Counted from the whole stretch's first letter, positions 10,427 through 23,401 are shown. The stretch: DNA of 62,125 bases, filler included, from Nemertoderma westbladi (GCA_032718475.1; 5 parts of 5 records of this genome joined end to end with filler, not necessarily neighbours in it), one strand, 5' to 3'. Numbers and translations are program-made. Notes: generated by a model from the letters alone, not told the origin.

Positions 10427-13400
10427 AAACAAGCTGGCAAGCCTGGAAGGTTCACGGTCCTCCTACTTAATCAGTACAATAATAATACGTTTTCGTTCGG
10501 GTAGGCCTATGTTTCCTTTTCACTTGTTCCCATCGTACAGTCGTAGGCGACCTCATGCTCCTGTGCTCATCCCACCACGACCACGACCACCAGTTACGAG
10601 TTGGGTAGGCGTCTACCGGCAACCGGTAAGTAATTACGCGCCACACGACGTCATCCCGCCATCCGCCAACATTTATACCGGTACGGTAAGCCTACCACCT
10701 ACCGGCTGGCTACCATCGCACCGTAGGTCTACCGCCTACGCCTACCGGTCAACCGGTAACGGTAGGCTACCGCGTACCGGTACAGCGGTACTCAAAGTCG
10801 TACCGGTATTGTCGTAATTGACAAATGCAGGATTAAACCGTAACCCGTTCCAGTACCGGTACCATATGCATCTGAACGACTGGACGGTTAATCTCATAGC
10901 ATAGCTGCATAGGCCTACTGGTAGTCAGTGCGAAGTCGCCTGCGAACATGGCGAAATATTATATTTACTGCTAGGGCTAGGCTAGGACCTACTGCTGTAC
11001 TGACCTATGACAGTATGAAGATAGGCAGATAGGCCTACAGTGGTCAGGTAGTACCGGTCCGGTATGCCTACTACAGGCAGACAATCAGACAGTACTAGCA
11101 GTGCTAATTAATTACCTTAATTAAATCTTCAATTAGGTCATAATGTAGGTCCAAATTTAAAAATCGGCCTCCGTTAATCGATTTACAAATAATTCAGGTA
11201 CCTCCATGCCAAATATCAGAATCATTCATTGCGTTCCCTATGACAAGATAGCTTTTTCCTAAACCATGCGAAAACACGCAAATATAGCGCTCACATCGCA
11301 CAAATACCATCTCGACACCCAATTTTTTGTATGAGCCTTCGCCATCCCTATATCTAACTTTTGTCCAAATTTTGTTTCGATTGATTAATAAATAACTGAG
11401 ATATCGCTCTGGACACACACACACACACACACACACACTAACACACACACACACACACATTACGGTAATAATGGTCACCTATGTCAAGGACCGTGAACCA
11501 AAAACAAGCTGGCAAGCCTGGAAGGTTCACGGTCCTCCTACTTAATCAGTACAATAATAATACGTTTTCGTTCGGGTAGGCCTATGTTTCCTTTTCACTT
11601 GTTCCCATCGTACAGTCGTAGGCGACCTCATGCTCCTGTGCTCATCCCACCACGACCACGACCACCAGTTACGAGTTGGGTAGGCGTCTACCGGCAACCG
11701 GTAAGTAATTACGCGCCACACGACGTCATCCCGCCATCCGCCAACATTTATACCGGTACGGTAAGCCTACCACCTACCGGCTGGCTACCATCGCACCGTA
11801 GGTCTACCGCCTACGCCTACCGGTCAACCGGTAACGGTAGGCTACCGCGTACCGGTACAGCGGTACTCAAAGTCGTACCGGTATTGTCGTAATTGACAAA
11901 TGCAGGATTAAACCGTAACCCGTTCCAGTACCGGTACCATATGCATCTGAACGACTGGACGGTTAATCTCATAGCATAGCTGCATAGGCCTACTGGTAGT
12001 CAGTGCGAAGTCGCCTGCGAACATGGCGAAATATTATATTTACTGCTAGGGCTAGGCTAGGACCTACTGCTGTACTGACCTATGACAGTATGAAGATAGG
12101 CAGATAGGCCTACAGTGGTCAGGTAGTACCGGTCCGGTATGCCTACTACAGGCAGACAATCAGACAGTACTAGCAGTGCTAATTAATTACCTTAATTAAA
12201 TCTTCAATTAGGTCATAATGTAGGTCCAAATTTAAAAATCGGCCTCCGTTAATCGATTTACAAATAATTCAGGTACCTCCATGCCAAATATCAGAATCAT
12301 TCATTGCGTTCCCTATGACAAGATAGCTTTTTCCTAAACCATGCGAAAACACGCAAATATAGCGCTCACATCGCACAAATACCATCTCGACACCCAATTT
12401 TTTGTATGAGCCTTCGCCATCCCTATATCTAACTTTTGTCCAAATTTTGTTTCGATTGATTAATAAATAACTGAGATATCGCTCTGGACACACACACACA
12501 CACACACTAACACACACACACACACACATTACGGTAATAATGGTCACCTATGTCAAGGACCGTGAACCAAAAACAAGCTGGCAAGCCTGGAAGGTTCACG
12601 GTCCTCCTACTTAATCAGTACAATAATAATACGTTTTCGTTCGGGTAGGCCTATGTTTCCTTTTCACTTGTTCCCATCGTACAGTCGTAGGCGACCTCAT
12701 GCTCCTGTGCTCATCCCACCACGACCACGACCACCAGTTACGAGTTGGGTAGGCGTCTACCGGCAACCGGTAAGTAATTACGCGCCACACGACGTCATCC
12801 CGCCATCCGCCAACATTTATACCGGTACGGTAAGCCTACCACCTACCGGCTGGCTACCATCGCACCGTAGGTCTACCGCCTACGCCTACCGGTCAACCGG
12901 TAACGGTAGGCTACCGCGTACCGGTACAGCGGTACTCAAAGTCGTACCGGTATTGTCGTAATTGACAAATGCAGGATTAAACCGTAACCCGTTCCAGTAC
13001 CGGTACCATATGCATCTGAACGACTGGACGGTTAATCTCATAGCATAGCTGCATAGGCCTACTGGTAGTCAGTGCGAAGTCGCCTGCGAACATGGCGAAA
13101 TATTATATTTACTGCTAGGGCTAGGCTAGGACCTACTGCTGTACTGACCTATGACAGTATGAAGATAGGCAGATAGGCCTACAGTGGTCAGGTAGTACCG
13201 GTCCGGTATGCCTACTACAGGCAGACAATCAGACAGTACTAGCAGTGCTAATTAATTACCTTAATTAAATCTTCAATTAGGTCATAATGTAGGTCCAAAT
13301 TTAAAAATCGGCCTCCGTTAATCGATTTACAAATAATTCAGGTACCTCCATGCCAAATATCAGAATCATTCATTGCGTTCCCTATGACAAGATAGCTTTT

Positions 13401-13645
13401 TCCTAAACCATGCGAAAACACGCAAATATAGCGCTCACATCGCACAAATACCATCTCGACACCCAATTTTTTGTATGAGCCTTCGCCATCCCTATATCTA
13501 ACTTTTGTCCAAATTTTGTTTCGATTGATTAATAAATAACTGAGATATCGCTCTGGACACACACACACACACACACACACACTAACACACACACACACAC
13601 ACATTACGGTAATAATGGTCACCTATGTCAAGGACCGTGAACCAA
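10427..13645 (-). mobile_element. Three near-identical head-to-tail copies (~1070 bp) of a Helentron-associated (HINE/DINE-1-like) non-autonomous element
   Basis: Periods are 1075 and 1069 bp. Each unit has 13-bp subterminal IRs GGTTCACGGTCCT/AGGACCGTGAACC, a (CA)n microsatellite near one end and a small hairpin (CAGGCT-TGCC-AGCTTG on the minus strand) at the other. Confidence 0.7.
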
Positions 13646-14007
13646 TATACAGGAGAGCACGAAAAGAGTTCCACCTTCCAAGTCTGAAGTCTGTCATCCC
13701 TGTTAACGTACAAATACTCGAAACCAAACCTACTAGCGAAACCAAACCTACTAGCGAGACTAGACGTGGGACCATCTCCCCGAGCAGATACTTTAACTGC
13801 AAACTTCCTATACAACTGTTTTGCACTAAAATATACCACTTTTGCCGAAAAAAAAGGCCAGGATTCTTCAATACTACAGTATTAATTGGTATTGGTATTC
13901 TTGGTATTCTTCACATGGGGGTAACTGCAAAGTGAAATATAACGGCATAAAGTCGTATTCTTCGCCCATGTAATGAATACCAGGATTTCACTTTTCGGTC
14001 GATTTTA

Positions 14008-15951
14008 TACGGTGGCCCTTTTTAAATGTAAAGTGTTCTTTTTAGTGTGAAAATGATCTTTTCAGTGTGAAATGATCTTTTCATTGTGAAAGTGTAAATC
14101 TGAAAGTGTAAATTTGAAAGTGCGAAAGTGTAAATTTGAAAGTGCGAAAGTGTAAATTTGAAAGTGCGAAAGTGTAAATTCGAAAGTGCTAAAGTGTAAA
14201 TTTGTAAGTGAGAAAGTGTAAATTTGAGAGTGAGAAAGTACATACATAACAGTACAGTCTGACAGTACCGTTATGCTAAAGAACGTTTCTGCTGCCACAG
14301 CTCTGACAGACTGACTGCACCACACAGTGCGCCCAGGGCGCAGGGCCAAAGGCCAGCAGACTGCATGATGATATAACAAAGCAAATACTGATACCTGTAT
14401 ACATACCAGCGCCAGCGGGGGATAGCTGGAGCAGCTAAGTCCAGTATTGCAGCAGTCGATTTACCGAACAGCACAACAGTCAGACAGGGAATGGTCGATC
14501 ACTAGTCCAGCAGTCTAAATTTAAAAATCCCACCATGTTTCTAGCTTACAAATTAACACTTTCTCGCTTTCAAATTTACACTTTCGCACTTTCAAATTTA
14601 CACTTTCGCACTTTCAAATTTACACTTTCGCACTTTCAAATTTACACTTTCGCAGTTTCAAATTTACACTTTCGCACTTTCAAATTTACACTTTCTCACT
14701 TTCAAATTTACACTTTCGCACTTTCAAATTTACACTTTCTCACTTTCAAATTTACACTTTCGCACTTTCAAATTTACACTTTCGCACTTTCAAATTTACA
14801 CTTTCTCACTTTCAAATTTACACTTTCGCACTTTCAAATTTACACTTTCTCACTTTCAAATTTACACTTTCGCACTTTCAAATTTACACTTTCGCACTTT
14901 CAAATTTACACTTTCGCACTTTCAAATTTACACTATCCCACTTTCAAATTTACACTTTCACACTTTCAAATTTACACTTTCACACTTTCAAATTTACACT
15001 TTCGCACTTTCAAATTTACACTTTCGCACTTTCAAATTTACACTTTCGCACTTTCAAATTTACACTTTCGCACTTTCAAATTTACACTTTCGCTCTTTCA
15101 AATTTACACTTTCGCACTTTCAAATTTACACTTTCCCACTTTCAAATTTACACTTTCACACTTTCAAATTTACACTTTCGCACTTTCAAATTTACACTTT
15201 CTCACTTTCAAATTTACACTTTCGCACTTTCAAATTTACACTTTCTCACTTTCAAATTTACACTTTCGCACTTTCAAATTTACACTTTCGCACTTTCAAA
15301 TTTACACTTTCGCACTTTCAAATTTACACTTTCCCACTTTCAAATTTACACTTTCGCACTTTCAAATTTACACTTTCTCACTTTCAAATTTACACTTTCG
15401 CACTTTCAAATTTACACTTTCGCACTTTCAAATTTACACTTTCTCACTTTCAAATTTACACTTTCGCACTTTCAAATTTACACTTTCGCACTTTCAAATT
15501 TACACTTTCTCACTTTCAAATTAACACTTTCGCACTTTCAAATTTACACTTTCTCACTTTCAAATTTACACTTTCGCACTTTCAAATTTACACTTTCGCA
15601 CTTTCAAATTTACACTTTCGCACTTTCAAATTTACACTTTCTCACTTTCAAATTTACACTTTCGCACTTTCAAATTTACACTTTCTCACTTTCAAATTTA
15701 CACTTTCGCACTTTCAAATTTACACTTTCGCACTTTCAAATTTACACTTTCAAATTTACACTTTCCCACTTTCAAATTTACACTTTCACACTTTCAAATT
15801 TACACTTTCGCACTTTCAAATTTACACTTTCGCACTTTCAAATTTACACTTTCACAATGAAAAGATCATTTTCACACAGAAAAGAACACTTTAGCACTGA
15901 AAAGTACACTTTCACAATTAAAAAGTTTCTTGGCCGTTCTGGGCCACCGTA
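14008..15951. mobile_element. Non-autonomous IS3EU-like foldback element with inverted 22-bp satellite arms
   Basis: Ends TACGGTGGCCC / GGGCCACCGTA; flanks ATTTTA / ATTTTT (5/6 TSD match). Left arm (AAAGTGTAAATTTGAAAGTGCG)n at ~14085-14238; the right arm is its reverse complement at ~14550-15853. Confidence 0.85.
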
Positions 15952-17347
15952 ATTTTTTATTGGTCGATATTTTTTATTAAATTTATCTTTATTAAGTGTT
16001 TTATGCGCGTGCGCGATGTCCTTTATTTTTTGAGGGGGATTATCTATTGATCAGTCAGTCGGACTGTTAGTAAGAAGGTGGGTGTAAACAAGCCGCCGCG
16101 GTAACATATTCTCCTTTCCCTCAATTAGTAGGTAACACAATCCTTTATTGTTTTGGTTAGAAAACCCTGTCTCGGTAACCTGCTCCTTTCCCTCAATTTG
16201 TAGGTAAAACGTCGTTTATTGTTTTGGTTAGAAATTACAGCCGCTGTAACCTGCTCTTTTCCTTCAATTGGATTTTAACAACAGCGTTTATTAATTCCCA
16301 CATTCCCATACACCTTCCCATATTCCTTCATCGTATAAACTGCACTGTATCAGCTGGCAATATGGGGCATGTTAAGTGTTTCGTCATATACACACTACAC
16401 AGTAGGCCTAGAGAGATAACCCTTCCTGCCTTCACTTTAGCTGTTTAGCGTAACAAACAAACAATAAATATTTTAAATGTAATGTATTAATAAGTATCAT
16501 TACTTAATTAATAATATTAATTATAATTAATATAATTAACTTTAACTATTAATAATGATAACTATTAACAAGAAAGATTTACGAAAATATTGCAGCAAAG
16601 GCTGTATTGTTTTTAATAAATGTTTAATGTTTCAACACCAACTAAATCTACGAAAGTTGTTTACATCTGAAAATATCCATCTTTGCTGGGACAATCACAC
16701 AACTTTCATACCCGCCATCCTTCATCCTATATCGCATTTTTAATATATAATAATATGCCTTTGTGCATTAGATGCATACTTGGTATGCCTGTACTGCTAC
16801 ATCATACTGATACATAAACAGGCAACGTGAAACGTGATCCCCTATTCAGCTATTGGCTATTTACCTAACAGACAGTTAGGTAAATATTATATCTCTTTCT
16901 CCTGATTGGTTATAGGATCAGATGGTGTCAGATCAGATCAGATAAGGACAGACGTTTTATTCTACCTCCGATCTAAGCACCAGTTACCGTCTGTCAGTCA
17001 GTCAGTCTGTACCCTTTAGTACTGTACTGTAGTACAGTACAGTAGTACGTATACTGTAGTGTACTATAGGCCTACTGCCTACAGCTATATGCTATACTAC
17101 TGCAGGTGCAGGACCTACTGCTGTAGGCCTACTGCAGTACTGCTGTACTGCTGTACTGTAGTAGATAACTGGCCAACCTTTTTCAGTTTTTCCTCCAGGC
17201 TCCAGCCTAAAGCTGACTGTAAGTACCGGTAGCGGCTGAGCGGTAACGACTATCCAGCTATCTCCTGATCTCAGTATCTAACATTAACAATACCTACGGA
17301 CCTACCTGAATTTGAATACAGCAATACACACAATCCAGCAATTAATT

Positions 17348-18667
17348 ATGTCATCAAACAGCCCATCGGCTCCCAAACTAAAGGCAGTGATCCTAGTGGG
17401 AGGTCCACAGAAAGGGACCCGTTTCCGTCCGCTGTCCTTCGATCTACCCAAACCGTTGTTCCCGATTGCGGGACAACCAATCATATACCACCACATAACG
17501 GCGTGCGCCGCACTACCGGGCTGTCAGGAGGTGCTACTGATCGGCTCCTACCCAGAGAAACACTTCGAGGAACTTCTTCACGAATGGAGCATCGAATTCG
17601 ATAATCTTCCTATTCGCTATTTGCGGGAGTTCGTTGCCATGGGAACCGGCGGTAGTCTCTTCCACTTCAGAGATCAAATAATGGCGCGTTCCCCTTCGTT
17701 CTTCGTGGTAATGAACGCTGATATTTGCTGCGACTTTCCGCTGACAGAAATGGTAGAATTCCACCAACGCGGGGACGGTACGCGTTCCAACGAATATACA
17801 ATCCTTGGAACGCAAGTTTCGCGGTCCCAGGCGGCCAATTACGGGTGCATTGTAGCCGATTCAAACACCCCGGAAGTACTTCATTACGTGGAGAAACCTT
17901 CAACCTACATCAGCTCTATAATCAACTGCGGGGTTTATATATTTAATACGACTATATTTGAAAGGATGCAAAGTTTTCGGGAAGGAAAACTGGAAGGGAA
18001 TTCCCAATCGGAGTCACTTAGTAACGGTAGTGACTGCCCGGACTCGATGTCTTTAGAGCGGGAAGTTTTAACTCATTTGGCTGGGCTTAGGCAACTCTTT
18101 GTGTTCGTTACTGATAGGTTCTGGGCGCAAATAAAGACGGCTGGTTCAGCGATCTACGCGAATAGTTTGTATCTGGGGTTGTACGCGAGAGAGCGTCCGT
18201 CATTGCTAGCCAACGGGGAGACCGGGGCCGGGGAGGGGGGTCCCCGAATCCGCGGCTACGTGTACATACACCCGATGGCCCGGGTGCACCCGACCGCGGA
18301 GTTGGGACCCAACGTGTCGGTAGGTCGGCTGGCGACCGTGGGCGCCGGGGTCCGACTCAGGGAGTCTATAGTGCTGGGTCGGGCCGCCCTGGGCGACCAC
18401 TGCTGCGTGCTGCACAGCGTGGTGGGCTGGGGCTCCAGCGTGGGCGCCTGGGCGCGGCTCGAGGGCACCCCCACGGGGCCCGACCCCGACGAGCCCCACG
18501 CCACGCTGGACGGATCGCGATTGTTCGACGACGACGGTAAACTCATTCCGTCTGTCACTGTACTCGGCGGGAAGGTGAACGTTCTAGCCGAGGTTGTCAT
18601 TCTCAACTCCATCGTTCTGCCCCATAAAGAACTCACTTCCAGCCACGCCAACGAGATTATACTCTGA
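17348..18667 (+). CDS. GMPPA: Mannose-1-phosphate guanyltransferase alpha (regulatory subunit), single exon
   Basis: KAVILVGGPQKGTRFRPLSFDLPKPLFPIAG, NADICCDFPL, HYVEKPSTYISSIINCGVY, QIKTAGSAIYAN, hexapeptide repeats and the C-terminal NSIVLPHKEL...NEIIL. First ATG at 17348. Confidence 0.96.
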   Translation: MSSNSPSAPKLKAVILVGGPQKGTRFRPLSFDLPKPLFPIAGQPIIYHHITACAALPGCQEVLLIGSYPEKHFEELLHEWSIEFDNLPIRYLREFVAMGTGGSLFHFRDQIMARSPSFFVVMNADICCDFPLTEMVEFHQRGDGTRSNEYTILGTQVSRSQAANYGCIVADSNTPEVLHYVEKPSTYISSIINCGVYIFNTTIFERMQSFREGKLEGNSQSESLSNGSDCPDSMSLEREVLTHLAGLRQLFVFVTDRFWAQIKTAGSAIYANSLYLGLYARERPSLLANGETGAGEGGPRIRGYVYIHPMARVHPTAELGPNVSVGRLATVGAGVRLRESIVLGRAALGDHCCVLHSVVGWGSSVGAWARLEGTPTGPDPDEPHATLDGSRLFDDDGKLIPSVTVLGGKVNVLAEVVILNSIVLPHKELTSSHANEIIL

Positions 18668-19020
18668 TAGAAACCGAATATTAAAATTATATATATTTTT
18701 GTTAAACTATGGTGGTCCTAAAGCTAAGAGGCAGCTCTCATTTTTCCAGTATGGTAATTTGGGAGGGGGGGGGGGGGGGGGGTCGCGAAGAACAAAAATT
18801 ATCTAAATGATGTTATGGAGACAAGAAAAAGGGATATTAATTCTATTGTTTTGATTATAAATGCTGTCACTATCTTGTGACCTACTTACACATAATTGAA
18901 AAATGATAAATAGTTACTTAATAATAATTTATCGACCCTTATTAACCTCAGTGGCGCTCGGTTAATAAAAGGCCTCGAGAATAGTGGAAAAAAAGTTGTC
19001 ATACGTACTTTTATTCTTAA

Positions 19021-19310
19021 GGGGGGTATCACCCCAAATCTATTTTATTTTTATAGCTACTGTTCTGAAACTTTAACACAATTATCTGTGATCTTTAACT
19101 CAGAAAACTGAGTATGGATACCTTCACAAACCATTTTGTTCGAAAAATATGGGATAAAAGTTATGTTTTGTGGTGGAAAATTATTCAATGGTAAAAACCG
19201 ATATCACCACATGGAAGCCCTTTTATGAAACCACAAAAGTAGAAGAAAAAAAAATTTCAAAAATTTGCAGAAAATTTGAAAATTTGCAGTCGCTTGGGAT
19301 GATACCCCCT
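19021..19310. mobile_element. MITE with TTAA target duplication (Kolobok/piggyBac-like)
   Basis: TTAA|GGGGGGTATCACCCCAA ... TTGGGATGATACCCCCT|TTAA. Confidence 0.7.
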
Positions 19311-19873
19311 TTAAATTGGTACTTTTTTGTTGCTCAGTTCTTAAGTAAAGCATACAGCTCGATATAGTGGTAAAAAATAAATTGAACTGTAGTATTATAC
19401 TATTTGCTTCCGTAGTTACTGCGATTCAAATTACTGTACTCTTCAACTCTTGATGCTGCCTTACTCAATGTTAAATACTTTAGTGTTATCGAATACTTAT
19501 TACGTAACAAGAGAGCCGCTTAACAACATAAACCAATATTGGATTCGGATATTGAGTTCCGTTTTGGAGTTCGTGTTGCAGACACTACAGTTCCAATAAC
19601 TTTCGCGTGTGTCATTGGATTTTGCTCAAATTACTTGCAAACCTTTTATAATTCGGTGCTCTTTCAACACAAAGTAATACAATTTTAGAAATTCCACCAA
19701 AAATATTTTCGCATTTTCTTGTATTACTTTTTCGACGGGATAAAAATTAAAATCAATGTAATCCTATTATAGGTTACATTTAATTTACCCTAGGGAATAA
19801 CGAACTAATTTTCCTCCCGGTTTTGGGATATATTCGGTCGAAAAAGCAACAATTTAATAATAAAATATATTAC

Positions 19874-20140
19874 TTCGCAGTGTCCGAAGGGATACGGCGC
19901 CTGAACTGCTTACACAATAGTGTTTGGTGGCGCAGGTTCGAATCCGACTAAAGGCTGTATAAATTTCGCACTGTTGTGTCCCTAGGCAAGACACTTTAGA
20001 CATTAGTGCCTACGCCAACCCAGCGGTATACTGGAACCTGGCTTTGCTGTGGGGTAATGATAATAAAAGCGCTTTGAGTATGCTGAGCGTAGAAAAGCGC
20101 TATATAAATAACCAATATTATTATTATTATTATTATTACT
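19874..20140 (+). mobile_element. tRNA-derived SINE with CORE-like centre and L2-like 3' tail
   Basis: B-box GGTTCGAATCC, TGTTGTGTCCCTAGGCAAGACACTT core, AAGCGCTTTGAG...GAAAAGCGCTATATAAAT tail and (TTA)n. Confidence 0.75.
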
Positions 20141-20756
20141 TAACTTCGGAACCAGATCACCATATTTATAAAAGATCATTAATTACTATATTTTCTTCAA
20201 TTTCCAGAAGTTACTGTTTTATTACTTTGGTGTATCTGAATAACTCCTCAATGTTCCTGTGCAATCCAATTAATATAACATTATTTATTGAGCTGCGACC
20301 CAATGTTTACACAAGATAATATTATTCTTTGGTGCCTTTGTTCGTAAATGTGTTTATTTATTTATCTATTAATAAAAGATATAAAACTTTGCGAAACAAC
20401 CTTGGGGGTTCACTAATTCCGAAAAAAATTAGATTTTTCAATTATATTCCCTCCTGGTTCCGATTCTTATGAGGATTTCCAAACTTCAAACCGTTTGTTA
20501 ATAACTAATGTAGTTTAAAAGTTATTAGTGATAATGTTAACCTTACTCTGTGGAATAATGTTTCTGACTGTTTGCCAGTCAAAATATAATAATTAATTAA
20601 ATTGGAGTTGAGCTGGTAATGCAACTGTAATTAATTATTTGTTCAGAACTGGGAAAAATGGCTGATGAGGCCGTTTGGTCCGCTGTTAGAGATAGCGGTT
20701 CAACCCCCGGTGACGTGCTTCCTCATTTTTTTCACTTCTGAACAAAACCATTATAT

Positions 20757-20982
20757 TACTACTACTATTACTACTACTAGGTCGAGCTAACTCGGACAGT
20801 GGAAATGAGATCCTTCCAGGCTTCCCGATTCTCCATAGTTTGTCGCAATTTCGTTTCTCCCAAGTTCAGTATCCCTTTCAAGTTGATCTATATATGTTAT
20901 GGCCGGTCGTTCACGGGTGCGATTTCCATGAGTTGGTTGCCAGAAAATTAGATCTGGTATGACCTCGTCTTAACTTCGCCAG
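20757..20982 (-). mobile_element. 5'-truncated RTE-type LINE 3' end with (TAG)n tail
   Basis: Near-identical to 29960-30018 over the overlap; TACTACTAC run at the left end. Confidence 0.65.
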
Positions 20983-21773
20983 ACGATTCATGTCAAAGCA
21001 AGTGCTGTGCTGGAAAGTGTTCTGGCGGCCTAACCTGCGGAGTCGGTTTAGATACAACAACTAGCAGCCCAGGCATTAATACCACAGCAGAGGTCATCAC
21101 CACAGAAAGCAGTTCAACAGTGATACCCAAACCTCTAATTGCGATGATTTTATTATTGGTTACATTTAATGGGATAGTTTATATGAATTATTCGAGCAAG
21201 TCAGATGCAAGCCATTCAAACTTTAAATAAACTGTACCCAAATACTCATTGACTGTAACAATTATTTTAAATATAATTATAATAATTTTTAACGTAATAA
21301 ATTAAATAAATATCAGGCGGTGTACAGGTGTAGGTCTAGTTAAGGCAGTACTCGTCTTCATTATAATTCTCGTTCCGCTCGTTCTGTTTTGACTCAAAAT
21401 GATTTTCATTGAGTTACACTTACGACCTTTATAACTATGTAAATTCTCGAAATTGCGCGAGGAACTGCTGATTTATGGCAGATGGATATATACATACTGT
21501 ACATCTAGTACATACAAAGCTTTTGAGAAAAAATACTGACAGCGCTAAATAGGGCAGGGCAGTTATAAATAGCTGCATTGAGACGACGAGAGATGAACCC
21601 GGACCCACCCTAGAACCACCCTATAAACACGTTTTTATACAAAGTTTAAACATACATGGAAAGGAGTTGGTGAAAATATAGGTCTAATATAGGTTGACAT
21701 AATGAAACATATGTAAAATATATATATTATATTTTTCCATTTGGGTTTATCATTAAAATTTATTTATATTATA

Positions 21774-22560
21774 TGTCCCCAAGTCGGATGTCCCCTAGTC
21801 GGGTGTCCCTGTCCCCAAGTCGGGTGTCCTCAAGCCGTATGTCCCCTAGTAGGGTGTCTCCTGGTCGGGTGTCCCCAGGTCGAGGGTCCCCAGGTCGAGT
21901 GTCCCCAGGCCGAGTGTCCCCAGGTCGGGTGTCCCCCGGTCGAGTGTCCCCAGGCCGAGTGTCCCCACGTCGGGTGTCTCCAAGTCGGGTGTTCCCCGGT
22001 CGAGTGTCCCCAGGCCGAGTGTCCCCAAGTTGGTGTCCCCCGGTCGGGTGTCCCCAGGCCGAGTGTCCCCATGTCGGGTGTCTCCAAGTCGGGTGTCCCC
22101 TAGTGGGTTGTACCCTCGTCGGGTGTCCCCAGGTCGAGTGTTCCCAGGTCGAGTGTCCCCAGGCCGAGTGTCCCCAGGCCGAGTGTCCCCAAGTCGAGTG
22201 TCCCCTGGTCGAGTGTCCCCAGGCCGAGTGTCCCCAATTCGAGTGTCCCCTGGTCGAGTGTCCCCAGGTCGAGTGTCCCCAAGTCGGGTGTTCCCAAGTC
22301 GGGTGTTCCCCGGTCGACTGTCCCCAGGCCGAGTGTCCCCAAGTCGGGTGTCCCCAAGTCGGGTGTCCCCCAGTGGGTTGTACCCTTGTCGGGTGTCCCC
22401 AGGTCGGGTGTCCCCCGGTCGAGTGTCCCCAGGCCGAGTGTCCCCAAGTCGGGTGTCCCCAAGCCGGATGTCCCCTAGTGGGTTGTACCCTTGTCGGTTG
22501 TCCCCAGGTCGAGTGTCCCCTGGTCGAGTGTCCCCAGGTCGAGTGTCCCCAGGCCGAGTC
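21774..22560. repeat. 15-bp GC-rich minisatellite (TGTCCCCAGGTCGAG variants), ~52 units
   Basis: Direct periodicity; it generates several spurious repetitive ORFs. Confidence 0.95.
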
Positions 22561-23103
22561 GGTGTGTCTGCCCCCAAGCCCCGGTAGACGGTGTGTCTGT
22601 CCCTACGGACCCAGTGGGTGAACCAATCCCCTTAGGTAGCGGCACTTGTCCCGTCTGTGCGAGGGTTTTTTCCACTAAGGCAAACGGGTCCCTGCGCATC
22701 CACGACCGTGTGGGCGCGCGCTGCCCAGGCTCTGATGTTCCCCCGATGGAGCCCACCGCCTCGCCTCAGCCTACCATGATCCAGCCGCCGAATGGGGTAT
22801 TCTCAGATAAAGAAATCCTGGCGGTGTTGCGGGGCTGGCGATGCAGGCAGCTGAGGCACGTTCCCAAGGCGTCGAGGGCTAACTTAGCCGACCTGCTATC
22901 GGATATCCTCAATGCGATTTTTGAGAACCCGTCGGACGTCCACGGCTGGATCAGGCTTCTTCTTGTGGGCCACTGCTGCATCCCGGCACCGAGGCGAGGT
23001 GGGAAGAAGCATCAGAGATCCCTCGCCTCACAGGTTAACCGCCTGATCTCGGACTTCCGTTCCACCTCCCTAGTGGGTTCTGGGGTCCCTACACCTCCGC
23101 GTC
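22560..23103 (+). mobile_element. N-terminal ORF fragment of a CRE-like non-LTR retrotransposon; cut by the contig end
   Basis: Zn finger CPVC-x12-H-x6-C, then HVPKASR...LADLL...W.RLLL....C.P..RRGG, which resembles the pre-RT region of CRE-clade elements. Confidence 0.55.
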
Positions 23104-23203
23104 NNNNNNNNNNNNNNNNNNNNNNNNNNNNNNNNNNNNNNNNNNNNTTAATTAATTAANNNNNNNNNNNNNNNNNNNNNNNNNNNNNNNNNNNNNNNNN
23201 NNN
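23104..23203. other. Artificial contig linker (N run containing TTAATTAATTAA); also at 33066-33165, 42943-43042 and 57172-57271
   Basis: The same 100-bp structure, with a six-frame stop oligo, occurs four times. Confidence 0.97.
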
Positions 23204-23401
23204 ATTCAGTCTCCCGGGTGTAGATCCATCGGGTGAATGATCGCGCATGGGCTGATTTCGGCTAATGTTTTGCGTATTAGCATAAATTATTGTCGTATGC
23301 TAAAGTGGTTTAAATTAACTAAAAGACATATAAAATTTGGCAGGTTAAACTGCTAAAGGTCTTCAAAAGCGCGAACACCCAACAATAGTACAACACAATT
23401 G

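Noticed and set aside
10509-12961. Triplicated 102-aa ORF as a gene family
   Set aside because: It lies within a repeated non-autonomous element, has no recognisable domain, and its identity simply reflects the DNA triplication.
14535-15524. 329-aa repetitive ORF
   Set aside because: Translation of a 22-bp satellite inside a foldback element.
21741-22621. Cys/Pro-rich and RVSPG-repeat ORFs resembling keratin-associated or structural proteins
   Set aside because: Open in many frames on both strands because of a 15-bp repeat.
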